A stretch of DNA of 64,000 nt from Squalus acanthias (lineage: Eukaryota). Numbering within the stretch: the stretch's first letter is position 1; each line of letters starts with the position of its first letter. Below the pieces are notes generated by a model. The model ran no database searches. It saw only the letters and a list, made by a program, of their open reading frames with translations, and was not told the origin of the DNA. Shown here in pieces: positions 1-13,164 of this stretch. A program made the translations under genes and the position numbers. The stretch spans positions 61,010,001 through 61,074,000 of the forward strand of contig CM059432.1 in the NCBI GenBank assembly GCA_030390025.1, written 5' to 3'.

Positions 1-410
1 TTGAAAATTGTTTTGCTTTTTCATTGAACAGAGAAAGTTAATCAGGGGCCTAACAGAGGTTTCCACAATTATGAAAGCTTTTGAGAGGGTAAATAGTGAA
101 AGGTTGTTTCCACTGGTTAGTTAATCAGTAATAAGGAAGCATGTACTGAGGATTATCACTAGAAGAACAAAGGAAGAGTTGAAAGAAATATTTTCACACA
201 GAAGATTATTAGAATATGGATTGTTGTACCACAAGTAACTATTAAGGCAGAGACTTGTCTTTAAAATAAAACTGGATAAGTCTTTGAAAAGGAAGAATAT
301 ATAAGAAGATATGGAAAAGGGCAGGGAAATGGAAATAAAGTAGATAGCTCCAAGTTGAAGAGCTAGCACTCCGCCACAGTGAGTGAAATGGTCTCCTTTC
401 GTGCTGCAAT
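1..410 (+). mobile_element. Degenerate CR1 LINE 3' fragment
   Basis: Decayed version of the LFSLEQRRLRGDLIEVFKIMKGFDRV C-terminus seen in other CR1 copies in the window, followed by a decayed 3' UTR. Confidence 0.6.
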
Positions 411-558
411 TCCTATGGTTCTACTAAAAGTGTGGAAAAATTACTTAGGTATTACAAATGATCTGTCGCTTAGAAAAAAATGACATGCTTACATACACTA
501 TTGTGCAGAAGTACATAGTTTCAGGAGTATACACATTGAAAACCCAGTTGTAACTTAC

Positions 559-738
559 ATTAAAAGCTTTAAGGCGCTCAGATTCTGCTCCATCTGAGTC
601 AATTATCTTCTCAACATCATCATGGTCATCCTGGTCATCATCATCTTCAATAGCTCTACTCACAGTCAGATCTTCGGGGCAACCTCCTACACTTTCATTT
701 CTGAGAGACTCATAGCTAGAATAGCTGTGAGCAGGTGA
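559..738 (-). CDS. NOL4: Internal coding exon (180 bp, phase 0/0) of a nucleolar protein 4 family gene (NOL4; NOL4L not excluded)
   Basis: Encodes [60 protein letters not shown]. This matches my recollection of the vertebrate NOL4 segment [25 protein letters not shown]. It is flanked by a polypyrimidine tract plus AG acceptor (minus strand ttttttcccgattcag; CT at 739-740) and a GTAAGT donor (AC at 557-558). Confidence 0.85.
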
Positions 739-999
739 CTGAATCGGGAAAAAACAGACATGAAACACAATTAGCCTACTGTATTAAATATGCTTGATAA
801 AAACAGAACTTCAAATAATTTAGTCTACATAGACAAAAATGATTGCCCTGTTCATTTTCATTTAACAGAATCAGGATGTAACTCATCTTTGAACCAACTA
901 AATAAATCAACTTAACTTCAAAAATGTCAAAATAGGGATAAAAAATAACCTTTATTATAATATATACTTCATAAAAAAAGTTTTATGTTGGGGAATGTA

Positions 1000-1313
1000 A
1001 ATTCAGTTAATTAAATAAATCTGGAATTTAAAAAAAACCCTAGTACCAGTAACGGTGACCATGTAACAACCGTGTTGTTGTAAAAACCCATTTGGTTCAC
1101 TAATGTCCTTTATAGAAAGGAAATCTGCCGTCTTTACCCGGTCTGGCCTATATGTGACTCCAGACTCACAGCACTGTGGCTGACTCTTAACTGCCCTCTG
1201 AAATGGCCTAGCAAGCCACTCAGTTGTCAAGTAGGCGGCTCACCACCACCTTCTCAAGGCAATAAATACTGGCTTTCCCAGCGATGCCCACATCCCGTGA
1301 ATGAATAAAAAAA
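1000..1313 (+). mobile_element. SINE-like element with LINE-derived 3' tail
   Basis: Its 3' end (caccaccttctcaagg..caataaat.ctgg..agcgatgcccacatccc..aataaaaaaa) matches the LINE tail at 4740-4820 and 56605-56700. Confidence 0.55.
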
Positions 1314-2333
1314 GTTTCACTTTATATTCACATTAGAGCAGGGGTGTTCTAACTATAGCGCCAAGACCTGGAAATCAGGCCAATAAAGCCCAGGCAGCTG
1401 AGTCTTATATGTCCTTATATTTCTTTTTCATTAATTTGTTCTGTTTGAATTTTGTGGGCCTAGAATTTTATACATGACTTCTCAGTTGCCTGATTAATGA
1501 AAATATCCTGAATCAGAACACCAACATTTGTTAGCATTGGCAACTTCAGATGTTTGCAACTTAAATGCCATCAGCCTACTCTCAATCATTAGCAAAGTGA
1601 TGGAAGGAGTCATCAACAGTGTTATCAAGCGGCACTTACCAATAACCTGCTCACTGATGCTCAGTTTGGGTTCTGGCAGGACCACTCGGCTCCATACCTC
1701 ATTACAGCCTTGATCCAAATATGGACAAAAGAGCTCTATTCTAGAGGTTAGGTGAGAGTGACTGCCCTTGACATCAGTGTTGCACCAAGGAGCCCTAGTA
1801 AAACTGAAGTCAATGGGGATCAGGGGAAAAACTCTCCAGTGGCTGGAATCATACCTAGCACAAAGGAAAATTGTTGTGGTTGTTGGTGGCCAATCATTTC
1901 AGCCTTAGAACATAACTGCAGGAGTTCCTCAGGGCAGCGTCCAAGGCCCAACTATCTTCAGCTGCTTCATCAATGACCTTCCCTCCATCATAAAATCTGA
2001 AGTGGAGCAGTTTGCTGATGATTGCATAGTGTTCAGTTCCATTCGCAATTCCTCCGATAAGGAAGCAACCCATGCCTGCATGCAGCAAGACCTAGACAAC
2101 ATCCAGGTTTGGGCTGATAAATGGCAAGTAACATTCACACCACACAAGTGCCAGGCAGTGAACATCTCTAACAAGAGAGAGTGTAATCACCTCCGTTTGA
2201 CATTCAATGGCATTACCATCATCGAATCCTCCACCATCAATATCTTGGGGGCCACCATTGACCAGAAACTCAACTGGATCAGTCACATAAATGTCGTGGC
2301 TGCTAGAGCAGGTGAGAGGCTGGGTATTCTGCA

Positions 2334-3150
2334 GTGAGTGGCATATAATTGGCAAATGAATTTCAACAGATAAATATGAGGTATTACATTTTGATAGGAA
2401 GAATAGGGAGGTCACCTATTACTTGGAGGGTGCGAGTCTGGGTGGGGTAGAGGAGCAAAGGGATCTCGGAGTATAAATACACAAATCACTAAAAGTAGTG
2501 ACACAGGACATAAAAAAAGCAAACCAAGAACTGGGGTTTATTTCTAGAGGGATAGAATTGAAAAGTAGGGAAGTTATGCTAAACTTGTATCAAACCTTGG
2601 TTAGACCACACTTGGAGTACTGTGTACAATTCTGGTCGCCATATTATAAAAAGGATATAGAGGCACTGGAGAGGATGCAGAGAAGATTTACAAGGATGAT
2701 ACCAGAAATTGAAGGGTATACCTATCAGGAAAGGATGGACAGGCTGGGTCTCTTTTCTCTTGAAAAAAGGCTAAGGGGTGACCTAATAGAGGTCTTTAAA
2801 ATTATGAAAGGTTTTGATAGAGTAGATACAGAGAGAGTGTTTCCACTTGTGGGGAAGAGCATAACTAGAGGCCATCAATATAAGATAGTCACTAAGAAAT
2901 CAAATAGGGAATTCAGAAGAAACTTCTTTACCCAGACAGTGGTGAGAATGTGGAATAGTAATACGAATAGTATAGATGTATTTAAGGAGAAGTTAGATAA
3001 GCATACGAGGGAGAAGGGAATAGAGGGTTATGCTGATAGAGTTAGATGAGGAAAGACGGGAGGAGGCTCAAGTGGAGCATAAATGCCGGCATGGACTGGT
3101 TGGGCCGAATGGCCTGTTTCTGTACTGCATATCCTATGTAATCCTATGTA
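2334..3150 (+). mobile_element. 5'-truncated CR1 LINE
   Basis: ORF 2498-3049 is a CR1 ORF2 C-terminus (LVRPHLEYCVQFWSP, RLRGDLIEVFKI) and ends in a short (atcctatgta)n tail. Confidence 0.85.
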
Positions 3151-3618
3151 AACCTCCTGACTCCCCAAAGCCTCTCCACCACCTACAAGGCATAAGTCAT
3201 GAGTGTGATGGAATACTCCCCACTTGCCTGGATGGGTGCAGCTGCAACAACACACAAAAAGCTCGACATCATCCAGGACAAAGCAGTCCGCTTGATAGGC
3301 AGCCCATCCACCACCTTAAACATCCACTCCCTCCACTTGTGGTTGCAGTGTGTACTATCTACAGAATGCACTGCAACAACTCTCCAAGGCTTCTTCGACA
3401 GCACCTTCCAAACCTGTGACCTTTACCCCTAGAAGTACAAAGGCAGAAGGTACATGGCAGCACCATCACCTCCAAATTCCCCTCCAAGTCACACACCATC
3501 CAGACTTGGATATATATCACCATTCCTTCATCATCACTGGGTCATAAGCCTAGAAATCCCTACCTAACAGCACTGTGGGAGTACCTTCATCACACGGACT
3601 GTAGCAGTTCAAGAAGGC

Positions 3619-4731
3619 ATAAGAAAATAAGAACATAAGAAATAGGAGCAGGAGTAGGTCCTTCAGCCCTTCGAGCCTGCTCCACCATTCAATAAGACCA
3701 TAGCTGATAACCTCAACACCACCTTCCCTCACTATCCCCATATCCCTTGATTCCCTTAATATCCAAAAATCTACCGATCTCTGTCTTGAACATACTCAAC
3801 GACTGAGCATCCACAGCCCTCTGGGGTAGAGAATTCCAAAGATTCACAACCCTTTGAGTGAAGAAATTTCTCCTCATCTCAATTCTAAATGGCCGGCCCC
3901 TTATTCTGAGACTGTGACCCCTAGTTCTAGACTCCCCAGCCAGGCAAACATCATTCCAGCATCTACCCTGTCAAGCCCTGTAAGAATTTTATATGTTTCA
4001 ATAAGATCACCTCTCATAGGACAATCCCCTCATCCCAGGAATCAGTCTGGTGAACCTTCGTTGCACTTTCTCTGAGGCAAGGATATCCTTCCTTAGGTAA
4101 GGAGACCAAAAGTGTACACAGTACTCCAGGTGTGGTTTCACCAGGGCCCTACATAATTGCAGTAAGATGTCTTACTCTTATATTCCAATCCTTTTGTAAT
4201 AAAGTGCAACATACCATTTGCTTTCCTAATTGCTTGCTGTACCTGCACGTTAACTTTCAGTGATTTGCGTACAAGCACACCCAGGTCCCTCTGAACACCA
4301 ACATTTCCCAATCGCTCACCAGTTAAAAAGTATTCTGCTTTTCTACTTTTCCTACCAAAGTGGGTAACTTCACATTTCTCCACATTATATTCCATCTGCC
4401 ATGTACTTGCCCATTTACTGAACCTGTCTATATCCCTTTGTAGCCTCTTTGCATCCTCCTCACAACTTACTTTCCCACCTAGCTTTGTATCGTCAGCAAA
4501 CTTGGATACATTACATTCGATCCCCTCATCTAAGTCATTGATATAGATTGTAAATAGCTGAGGCCCAAGCACTGATCCTTGTGGTACCCCACTAGTTACA
4601 GCCTGCCAATATGAAAATGACCCATTTATTCCTACTCTTTGTTTTCTGTCCATTAACCAATCCTCTATCCATGCTAATATATTACCCCCAATCCCAAGAG
4701 CCTTAATTTTGTGTAATAACCCCTTGTGTGG
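3619..4731 (-). mobile_element. 5'-truncated CR1 LINE with an internal deletion near 4015
   Basis: ORF 4138-4653 has [14 protein letters not shown] and KFADDTK. The (ttcttatg)n tail lies at 3619-3640. Confidence 0.85.
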
Positions 4732-4839
4732 CAGCTTACTACCACCTTCTCAAAGGCAACAAGGGATGGGCAATAAATGCTGGTATTGCTAGCGACACCA
4801 ATATCCCAAGAATGAATTACAAAATTAGAGATATGAATC

Positions 4840-7143
4840 TAGAATTTATGGCCCCAAAATACCTGGGTCTCCAATGCATGGGCAGAAGCGTGGCGGGTAG
4901 CGACTTCTGCCAGCCAATATCCAAGGATGTTGACCCTATCAGAACCTCGGGGTTAGCTACTTTATATGATGCTGGGCAGGACATGGATGTGAACCCCATC
5001 TGCAGTAGCCCATGTAGGCTGGGGAGTGGGGGTGGGGCTGGTATATTTGGGAAGAGGGCAAAGAAAGGACGCAATTTCTCATTTAAAGGGATGAATCAAT
5101 TTAATGGGTGAGCAGGCTCTGGTAAGAGGGAATACAATGGCAACTGCACAAGGAGGTAAAAGGTGAGCATTCAATCTTGCTGAGGCTGATGTTGAAGTCT
5201 TGCTGTCAGAAATTAGAGAAGCAAAGGATGCAGTTGTTGCAATAGCTGGAAAGATGCCAACAAATGCAGCAACATGGGTCATGTGGAAGGAAGTGGCTGT
5301 GGCTGTGAGTGGTACCTCCATCACCCCAAGGACCCCCTTACGGTGTCAAAAGAAGTTTAATGATGTTATAAGTCAGCAAAAGTAAGTGAGTTCTCAGCTG
5401 AATAACAGGAAAGTTTAGTGAAACACAGAGAGGCAAATGGGTATTCACCGCCCCAATATTCAAGCAATGCCTCAGAAGCACTGTAACCTGCCATCACTCA
5501 TGTCAAATTTCTCACATCCTGTAATACACGTTCACACACTGAAGTCTCAAAGCCTGGTTTCTTGCTTTCTTCCACATACTACTATTATCATAAATTCAAT
5601 GAATCCTGACAGATTGTGACTGCATGATCTGGAGGCTGCTACAGCAAATTAACACAATGCATTCCTCCTGCAGGAAAATACAAGATATTATGCCAAGAAA
5701 TGTTTTTGTAAATAGTTGTAATAAATCACTGGAATTATTGATGCAAGGACTGCTTGGTGCTTGTTTCTCTTATAAGATGATGGGGAATAGGTAATGTGCT
5801 GATGTTGAAACTCAGGTTTAGGTTCTGAAGGCTAGCTGTGAGGAGCAAGATTTTACTTAGATCATGGTGAGGTTGGGGAGAGATGGCAGATCTTTGATTG
5901 GCTGAGACCCCCCAAAAAATATAGGTCTATGAAGTTGTCCCAAATGAGTTTACCTCTCAGTACTCTAGCAGTACTAGTCACTACAACAGCTTCATGTTCT
6001 TCATGACCCTGGTCTACAGAATCAGTAGTGTCATCATCAGCCTTTCTGGCATCCTCCAGATCACTATCACTACTTCTTTACTGATTGCCAAGTTATGAAG
6101 CATAGAACATACTACCAAAATTCATGAGACTGTGCTTGGCACATAATGTAGGAACTTTCGTTTAAGCATCCCAATGACTTGCTCAATTCTAATTCTGTCT
6201 CACCATGCACTTCATCACCATGCGTTTCATTGTAGCGCCCCTCTATAGCACTGGTGGCCGTCCAAAATTATAAAAGGATTTAATAGGGTAAATGCAGAGA
6301 AACTATTTCCTCTAGTATGTGGAATCCAGAACAAGAGGGCATAATCTTAAAATTATAGGTAGGCCACTTAGGAGTGAAATCAGGAAGCACTTCTTCGTAC
6401 AAAGAGTAGTGGAAATCTGGAACTCCTTATACCAAAAGGCTGTGGATGCTGGGTCAATTGAAATTTTCAAGACTGAGATTGATAGATTTTTGTTAGGAAA
6501 GGGTTTCAAGTGATATGGATTAAAGGTGGGTAAATGGAGTTGAGGTACAGATCAGCCATGATCTAATTGCATGGCAGAACAGGCTCGAGGGGCAGAGTGG
6601 TCTACTCCTGTTCCTATGAAGTGCCATCATGAGCCACAGGAGTAGCGGGTTTTACCTGTCACCCAAAGCCATCCTTCCCCTTGCCCCAAAGTTGAAATAC
6701 AGCTGAGACAATGGACTGGCTAAATAAAAAAGCATCATAACAGTTCCTCATGGGTAATGGAGAATGTAGGCAAAGGGTTCATAGTACAATGGTGCAAAAA
6801 TATTTTGGATACCTGCAGTCACTCAAGAAATGGCCAAAAGACTGCAAAAGCAATCTCACTTTCAGCAGCTTTCCTTTAACAACAACTTCTGCCTTGATGA
6901 GCCACAGAAACACCCCTGATCAGGCCCCACTTAAAGTAGCATCAGGATCCTATTGACATCATACAACCTCAATTAGCATTTATGCACGAGTGTCCCGCCT
7001 GAATCCGGCAGATGCTTTATAGGCCGCCAAAAGCAGCGGCATTAAAATCAGAGATCATCAGGAACAGAGCAGAAAACAGAGCCATTCCATTTTAACTGCT
7101 CACCTGCTCCGTTCTCACCAAGTGGGGAAAGTTAAAATTCCCC
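4840..7143 (+). mobile_element. PIF/Harbinger transposon relic with a Myb/SANT-like exon (~5160-5385)
   Basis: EADVEVLLSEIRE..WKEVAVAVS..PRTPLRCQKKFND is the Harbinger Myb/SANT-like domain and is followed by a GTAAGT donor. A TIR-like end gttaaaattcccc lies at ~7131-7143. Boundaries are approximate. Confidence 0.55.
6265..6617 (+). mobile_element. CR1 LINE 3' fragment
   Basis: ESRTRGHNLKI..FFVQRVVEIWNSL followed by the gatcagccatgatc..ctcctgttcctatg 3' UTR. Confidence 0.8.
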
Positions 7144-9861
7144 CTGGAAAGTTATTAAATGCATTTAATAGAAAAGGCAAAGCATTCTATCAAAAAGCAC
7201 TGAAATTCCATTTAAAATATGATTCTGTTCCCAGCTCTGAATGTTGTTTGAACTAGAGTCTCTTCCATTGAAACAATTTTCTAGCAAGGCTGCCAGATAG
7301 CTGAAACACTTCAACAACCAGTGCACTGTTTATCAGTTCCATTATCGGCAGTGAAAGAAGCAAGGTTGAAGGTAGATCCAATTAAAATACTTAAATCATG
7401 GCTGAGCAGAATCAGTAGGGTTTGGAGAGATGTTAATTTGCCATCACAAGTTTGTGTGTGCAACCTACCAGTTTCTATAGAGGTGGGAATACTAGCTTTG
7501 ATATATTCAGAAAATGAAGCCCACCAAAAAGGGAGTCTTTCCTTTATTCCAAATGATCTCACTTCATAATATTTATAGTGCAAATAGTAGAAAAAAATAA
7601 CCCTTTTTGTTGATCTAGTTCCCATGTGCCACTATATTTAATATTAAACTGATTGGCCCCAAATTTCCTCGGACTCCTGCTGGAATTATGGCCCACCAGG
7701 AAATTGCAGGGACCCAGCTACCATCCAGTCCTGCCCACAGGCATCAGAAAACAAATGGGGATTGTTAGATCTGTACTCGGTTTCAAAAGAAAAGAAAATA
7801 ATTGTTGGTTCCAATCACTTATTATGAGTACAATTACTTTATAACTGACACACTGATGTGAGAATATCACAAAAATAAAATGTGAACAAGTTAAATTAAA
7901 TTGAAAACACCTTTTGTTTTTATATCTCAAAATCAGTATATGCAAGTGACAATTTTTGTTATTGCTGCTTTTTGTTACAAGCCATTGCAACAACAAAAAA
8001 CATTTTTATCTGCTTTAAACAAAGGTTGATTTATTTTGTGGGAATTAATTATTGTCATCCATTAACAAAGTGACTCCAATTTAATTATTAGAAATTTAGC
8101 TTTGAATAAGTGCATATTACTAAATACTAAGTACAGTATGGTTGTCATGTTAAGAAAAGGGGTTCTCTTCACTTCCTATTTCAGAATATTAGATAAATAG
8201 AATAACATTTGCTGGATCAAGTTGTCTACACTGTCACATAGCACAGCATAACAGAATTAGATACTCCATTTAATTGTTTCAGTCATTTTCACTTTATTTT
8301 ACTAGTGCATATTACAGTGATTGATTTAACATAAAACATTAATTTTTATTGAATTTTTCATGTTGTAATAAACGCAATCTAATCAAGAGGTATACATAAA
8401 ACATACACAATAGAACAAAAACTAGGTATAGAAATGTAAAAGATAAACATAGTAGTAAATAATCAGATAGATTTTATGAATCAGCACTCATAATGCAGCG
8501 TTTTGGACAACGGAAGCACCTATCGAGAATTTAGACACTGAGGTCCATGTTTCCTGCATGATTTTCTGTTAATGAGATTAATGGATGAAAAAGTAGACTG
8601 ACCGCACACAAATTCCTGATATACGTTCCCATTGTGGAAATTCTGTGCCAGGAACATTGAATCGCAAAATCTAAACCAATTTTACCTCCCTGCATTTTTG
8701 AAACTTTGATGCCATTATGATCACTCTAAACAAACTCCCTTCCTAACCTTCCCCTTATGACCACCTGCTCCTGCAAATAATGATTTTGAGTAACCTGGAA
8801 ACTTATAGAAAACAGGTCCTCACAATAGCATAATTCAGACAAGTTGCTATTTGACCTAAAACCAGAAAGTCGGCCAAATTCTCTGGTATCTTGTTTGTTT
8901 TGATTTCAGGCCACATAATCTTTACCTTATTAGCTAATTTCCAAATAATATATAGTAACATAGGGCTGGATTTTGCCAGCGCTCAGAGGGTGGGTTTGGA
9001 GTCGGGTCAAAGTGTAAAATCGTTTAGATTGACGGCGGGTTGCGATCTCGCCGTTAACCCGCCTCCAAACAATTTTCCCAAATGTCAGGTCCCTGATTTG
9101 CGCACGGACCTGACACCTAGCGGCGGGAAGAGGATTAAAGGCAATTACCTGCCTATTAACAGGTAGTTGCTAGTAGTTGACAGGCTATTTTTGAATTTTG
9201 CCGCTTCTGCCTCGGGTTTCCCGACGTCCGGACACCACGCCAGGTAAGTGTGGTGTGTTGTGAGTCTGCTGTAATGTTTCTGGATTGATGACAGCTGCAG
9301 AAGTGGTGTGAAGGATCCAATGTTGCACTGGTGAGTGTCAGGGGTAAGAAAATGTTGGGAAATGCATTTTTAATACATTTACACATTTCTTTAGGTTACA
9401 AGTTTTGAAATCCATGTCCAGTGCCACCTTATTGGAAGAACCTCTCTTACCAGTGACAGATCGCTTCTGTCACCTCACCTGCAGCTGCCATCTATTCCAG
9501 CCTATGGAGGGAGTCATTGGAGAGCCTTGGTGCAAGAGGTGACCTTTGTGCAGTGATTGTCAGTGTTTGCAGCAACTTAATGCTGTCAAATGCTGTCAAA
9601 CACTGAGAAATCAACTGTCAAAAAAAAATTGTGCGTGGTCCCTTTAAGAAAACTGGCAGATGACCGTTTGTGCCCGAGGAGCCATAAAACTCCAGTGAGT
9701 GGCTCAGGAACTGTTCATTTAAACAATGCACACCTACAGGAACTTCCAATAATGACCCAACAAGATTAGCATCATGAAAGACCACTATATCCTTCATCCA
9801 AATCCCTAACATGCATTGGGCCACCTAAAACTCAGAATTAACAGTGATTTTTAAAAATATT

Positions 9862-10605
9862 GGCCCAGAAATTGATCTCGCTCTGTTCCCGCGGGGGTAA
9901 GCCTTCCCCGCGATCTCTCACCTCGCTTGTGATTTTTCAGATCCAGCTCGCACGAACTTGATGTTCCAGACATCAGCCGGGCAGTGCTTGCGTATCCCAC
10001 CGGCGTAGTGAATTCGTGCGAGCTGTGGGATCACGTGACTCAGTTAGAGCCAATGGCAGCACACCATCTTCCATTCATAAGTTTCACATAAGTGCTGTGA
10101 AATCTATGAATCTTACACCCCCCCAAAATAACAGCTAAACCTCAATTAAATTTAAAAAAAAAACCATCACATTAATAAAATAAGTATAGTTAAATAAATT
10201 AACCATTTTAAATAAAAAATTAAATTTTTGAAAAAATTTAAAATCTTTTAAAAAGTTATAAAAATAAACTTACCTGTCTTTAAAGTCTCTAAAAAAGATA
10301 TACCTGTAAAAAAAAATTCAAAAAAATACTTAATTCACTACTTACCTTGTTAAAAGTGGGTCTTACTCCTCCTTTTTACATTTCTAAAATCTTCAGTACT
10401 TACCTGCGCGTCCAAAGCATGAAGTGCACAGCGTGCGCGCAGCCTGTAGCGCGCACGCGATGCACCGAGGAACCGCCCCCTTTTCAAAAGAGCAATTGCC
10501 AGTTTTCAGCGCATGCGCAGGGCATGCAGAAAACCGGCAATTGCAGAGGGAATACGCGAGAGTATGCACTGCGTACTCTCGCGCACCGGGATGAATTTTT
10601 GGGCC
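9862..10605. mobile_element. Non-autonomous Harbinger-type MITE (GC-rich arms, AT-rich core)
   Basis: TIRs ggcccagaaatt / aatttttgggcc and a 3-bp TSD ATT (9859-61, 10606-08). Related in reverse orientation to 22401-23146. Confidence 0.8.
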
Positions 10606-11091
10606 ATTATTTAGGAGCTGATGGCCTTCAGAATATCAAAGCATTTTTTTTCATTTTAACAAAAGCTACTAGAATCATAGAGCACAGAAGGAAGCCGTTC
10701 AGCCCATTGTGCCTGTGAAAGAGCTATCCAATTAGTTACTATTGATTCCACCACTCTTAACTATGAGGAGGATAGTAACAGACTTCAGGAGGACACAGAC
10801 AGACTGATGAAATGGGCAGACACATGGCAGATGAAATTTAACACAGAGATGTGTGAAGTGATACATTTTGGTAGGAAGAATGAGGAGAGGAAATATGAAC
10901 TAAATGGTACAATTTTAAAGAGATACCTAGGGAGGTATGTACACAAATCTTTGAAGGTGGCAGGACAAGTTGAGAATGCTGTTAAAAAGCATATGAGATC
11001 CTTGGCTTTATTAATAGAGGAATAGAGTACAAAAGCAAGGTAGTTATGCTAAACCTTTATAAAACACTGGTTAGGCCTCAGTTGGAGTATT

Positions 11092-11541
11092 GGGAGGAAT
11101 TTTAACATTAAAAAAATGGGTGGGTTGGGAGTGTGTGGGTAGTTAAAGTGTTAAAAAATCTAAATCCCGACCTGAACCCGCCCCCAACCTGCCCACTCCC
11201 GGTTTTAACGGCGGTGGGACCGGGCAGGCAGCTAATGCGCTGCCAGGAGGTGAGTCGTCTATTTAAATATTATAATGAGGCTGGAAGCCTCTGCTTTAAC
11301 CTCCATTTTGAATTTATCTTTAGCTGGTCGGGTTTTGCAGGCCTCGTGAAACCTGCCAGCTAATGGAAGGCGAGGACTGCTGGATCCAGGAGGTAAGTGA
11401 CTTTACAGTTACCTCCTGGATCCAGGGTCCCTGCCTAACCCACCCCCAATGATCGGAGACACCCCCCATGGGTTTCCCGACCACCTCAGAGCACCACCCC
11501 TCCCAGAGCCCCAACCTGCCTTCCCCATTAAAATTCAGCCC
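11092..11541. mobile_element. Harbinger-type MITE inserted in CR1
   Basis: TIRs gggaggaattttaa / ttaaaattcagccc and TSD ATT (11089-91, 11542-44). Confidence 0.8.
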
Positions 11542-11657
11542 ATTGTGTTCAATTCTGGGCACCACACATTAGGAAGGATGTCAAAGCCTTGGAGAGGGTG
11601 TAGAAGAGATTTACTAGAATGGTACCAGGGATGAGGGACTTCAGTTATGTGGAGAGA

Positions 11658-11880
11658 CTGGTGTCGGGAGCGGCGAGACCGGAGGTCCTGTGAGTATTTA
11701 AACTCACATTCGCGGGCTTTTCTTTCACAGGCTGGTGTCGGGAGCGGCGAGACCGGAGGCCCTGTGAGTATTTAAACTCACATTCGCGGGCTTTTCTTTC
11801 ACAGGCTGGTGTCGGGAGCGGCGAGACCGGAGGCCCATGTGAGTATTTAAACTCACTTTCGCGGGCTTTTCTTTCACAGG
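11658..11880 (+). repeat. Three tandem 74-75 bp monomers at the CR1 5' end
   Basis: Nearly identical units start at 11658, 11732 and 11806. Confidence 0.95.
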
Positions 11881-12167
11881 TATACCAATCTCAGACCGGC
11901 GGCGGCGTTCCAGAGCCACGTCACGATTCAAAATGTGACGCGGGCAGGAGGGAGCAGCTGATTGGGTGAGTACGGCTAGGTAAGTATTTATACTACTCTA
12001 TAGTTTGACAGTTAAGGTTCATAGTTTATAAAGTTTAGAAGGTCTTAATGTTGTGGATATAGTTTCTAGTGCTAGTAACCAAGGGCCCTTGAGTATATCA
12101 TTTAATTGAGTGTAATTGGTGGTATTGATTTGATTTAATTTAAGTTCAATTAATTAAAGGGTAAGTC

Positions 12168-13120
12168 ATGACAGGACAGCCCAGCCCCGAGTTATGCTCC
12201 TCCTGCTCGATATGGGAAATCAGGGACCCTTCCGGTGTCCCTGACAACCATGTGTGCGGGAAGTGTATCCAGCTGCAGATACTGACAGACCGCTTCGCGG
12301 CGCTGGAGCTGCGGATGGATGCGTATTGGAGCATTCGCAATGCTGAGAACCTCGTGGATAGCACGTTTAGCGAGTTGGTCACACCGCAGGCAAAGGGTGT
12401 ACAGGCAGGAAGTAAATGGGTGACCACCAGGCAGAGTAAGAGGTGCAGGCAGGTAGTGCAGGGGTCCCCTGTGGACATTCCCCTCTCAAACAGATATACC
12501 ACTTTGGATACTGTTGGGGGGGATGACTTATCAGGGGAAGGCAGCAGCAGCCAACTTCCTGGCACCATGGGTGGCTCTGCTGCACAGGCTGGGAGGGAAA
12601 AGAGTGAAAGAGCTATAGTGATAGGGGACTCAATTGTAAGGGGAATAGATAGGCGTTTCTGCGGCCGCAACCGAGACTCCAGGATGATGTGTTGCCTCCC
12701 TGGTGCAAGGGTCAAGGACGTCTCGGAGCGGCTACAGAACATTTTGGAGGGGGAGGGCGAACAGCCAGCTGTCGTGGTGCACATAGGCACCAACGATATA
12801 GGTAAAAAAGGGGATGAGGTCCTAAAAGCAGAATATAGGGAGTTAGATTAGTTAAATTAAAAAATAGGACCTCAAAGGTAGTAATCTCAGGATTGCTACC
12901 AGTGCCACGTGCTAGTCAGAGTAGAAATAGGAGGATATTTCAAATGAATATGTGGCTAGAGGAATGGTGCAAGGGGGAGAGATTCAAATTCCTGGGACAT
13001 TGGAACCGGTTCTGGGGGAGGTGGGACCAGTACAAACAGGATGGTCTGCACCTGGGCAGGGCCGGGACCGCTGTCCTAGGGGGAGTGTTTGCTAGTGCTG
13101 TTGGGGAGGGTTTAAACTAA
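12168..13120 (+). pseudogene. CR1 ORF1 (CxxC..CxxC finger, SGNH esterase), frameshifted near 12848
   Basis: CSSC/CGKC, GDSIVRG, HIGTND and DGLHL motifs are split between ORFs 12168-12851 and 12893-13120, which are in different frames. Confidence 0.85.
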
Positions 13121-13164
13121 AGTGGCACGGGGTTGGCCACCTGAGCAGGGAGACAGAGGAAAGC

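Larger units (their letters stand above)
1565..4820 (+). mobile_element. Old non-LTR retrotransposon RT/3' end, split into 1565-2340, 3152-3618 and 4729-4820 by two CR1 insertions
   Basis: RT motifs ISLLSIISKVMEG, GVPQGS, FADD and WADKWQVTF are present. The sequence resumes at 3152 (SVMEYSPLAWMGAA) and again at 4729 (3' tail). Confidence 0.75.

Noticed and set aside
445..768. 107-aa single-exon protein
   Set aside because: Only 559-738 resembles NOL4 and it is bounded by splice sites. The flanks are intron read-through.
11658..11880. Repeat array next to a reverse transcriptase as a retron/DGR/CRISPR-RT system
   Set aside because: The RT is a standard APE-RT CR1 ORF2 and the repeats are its 5' UTR monomers.
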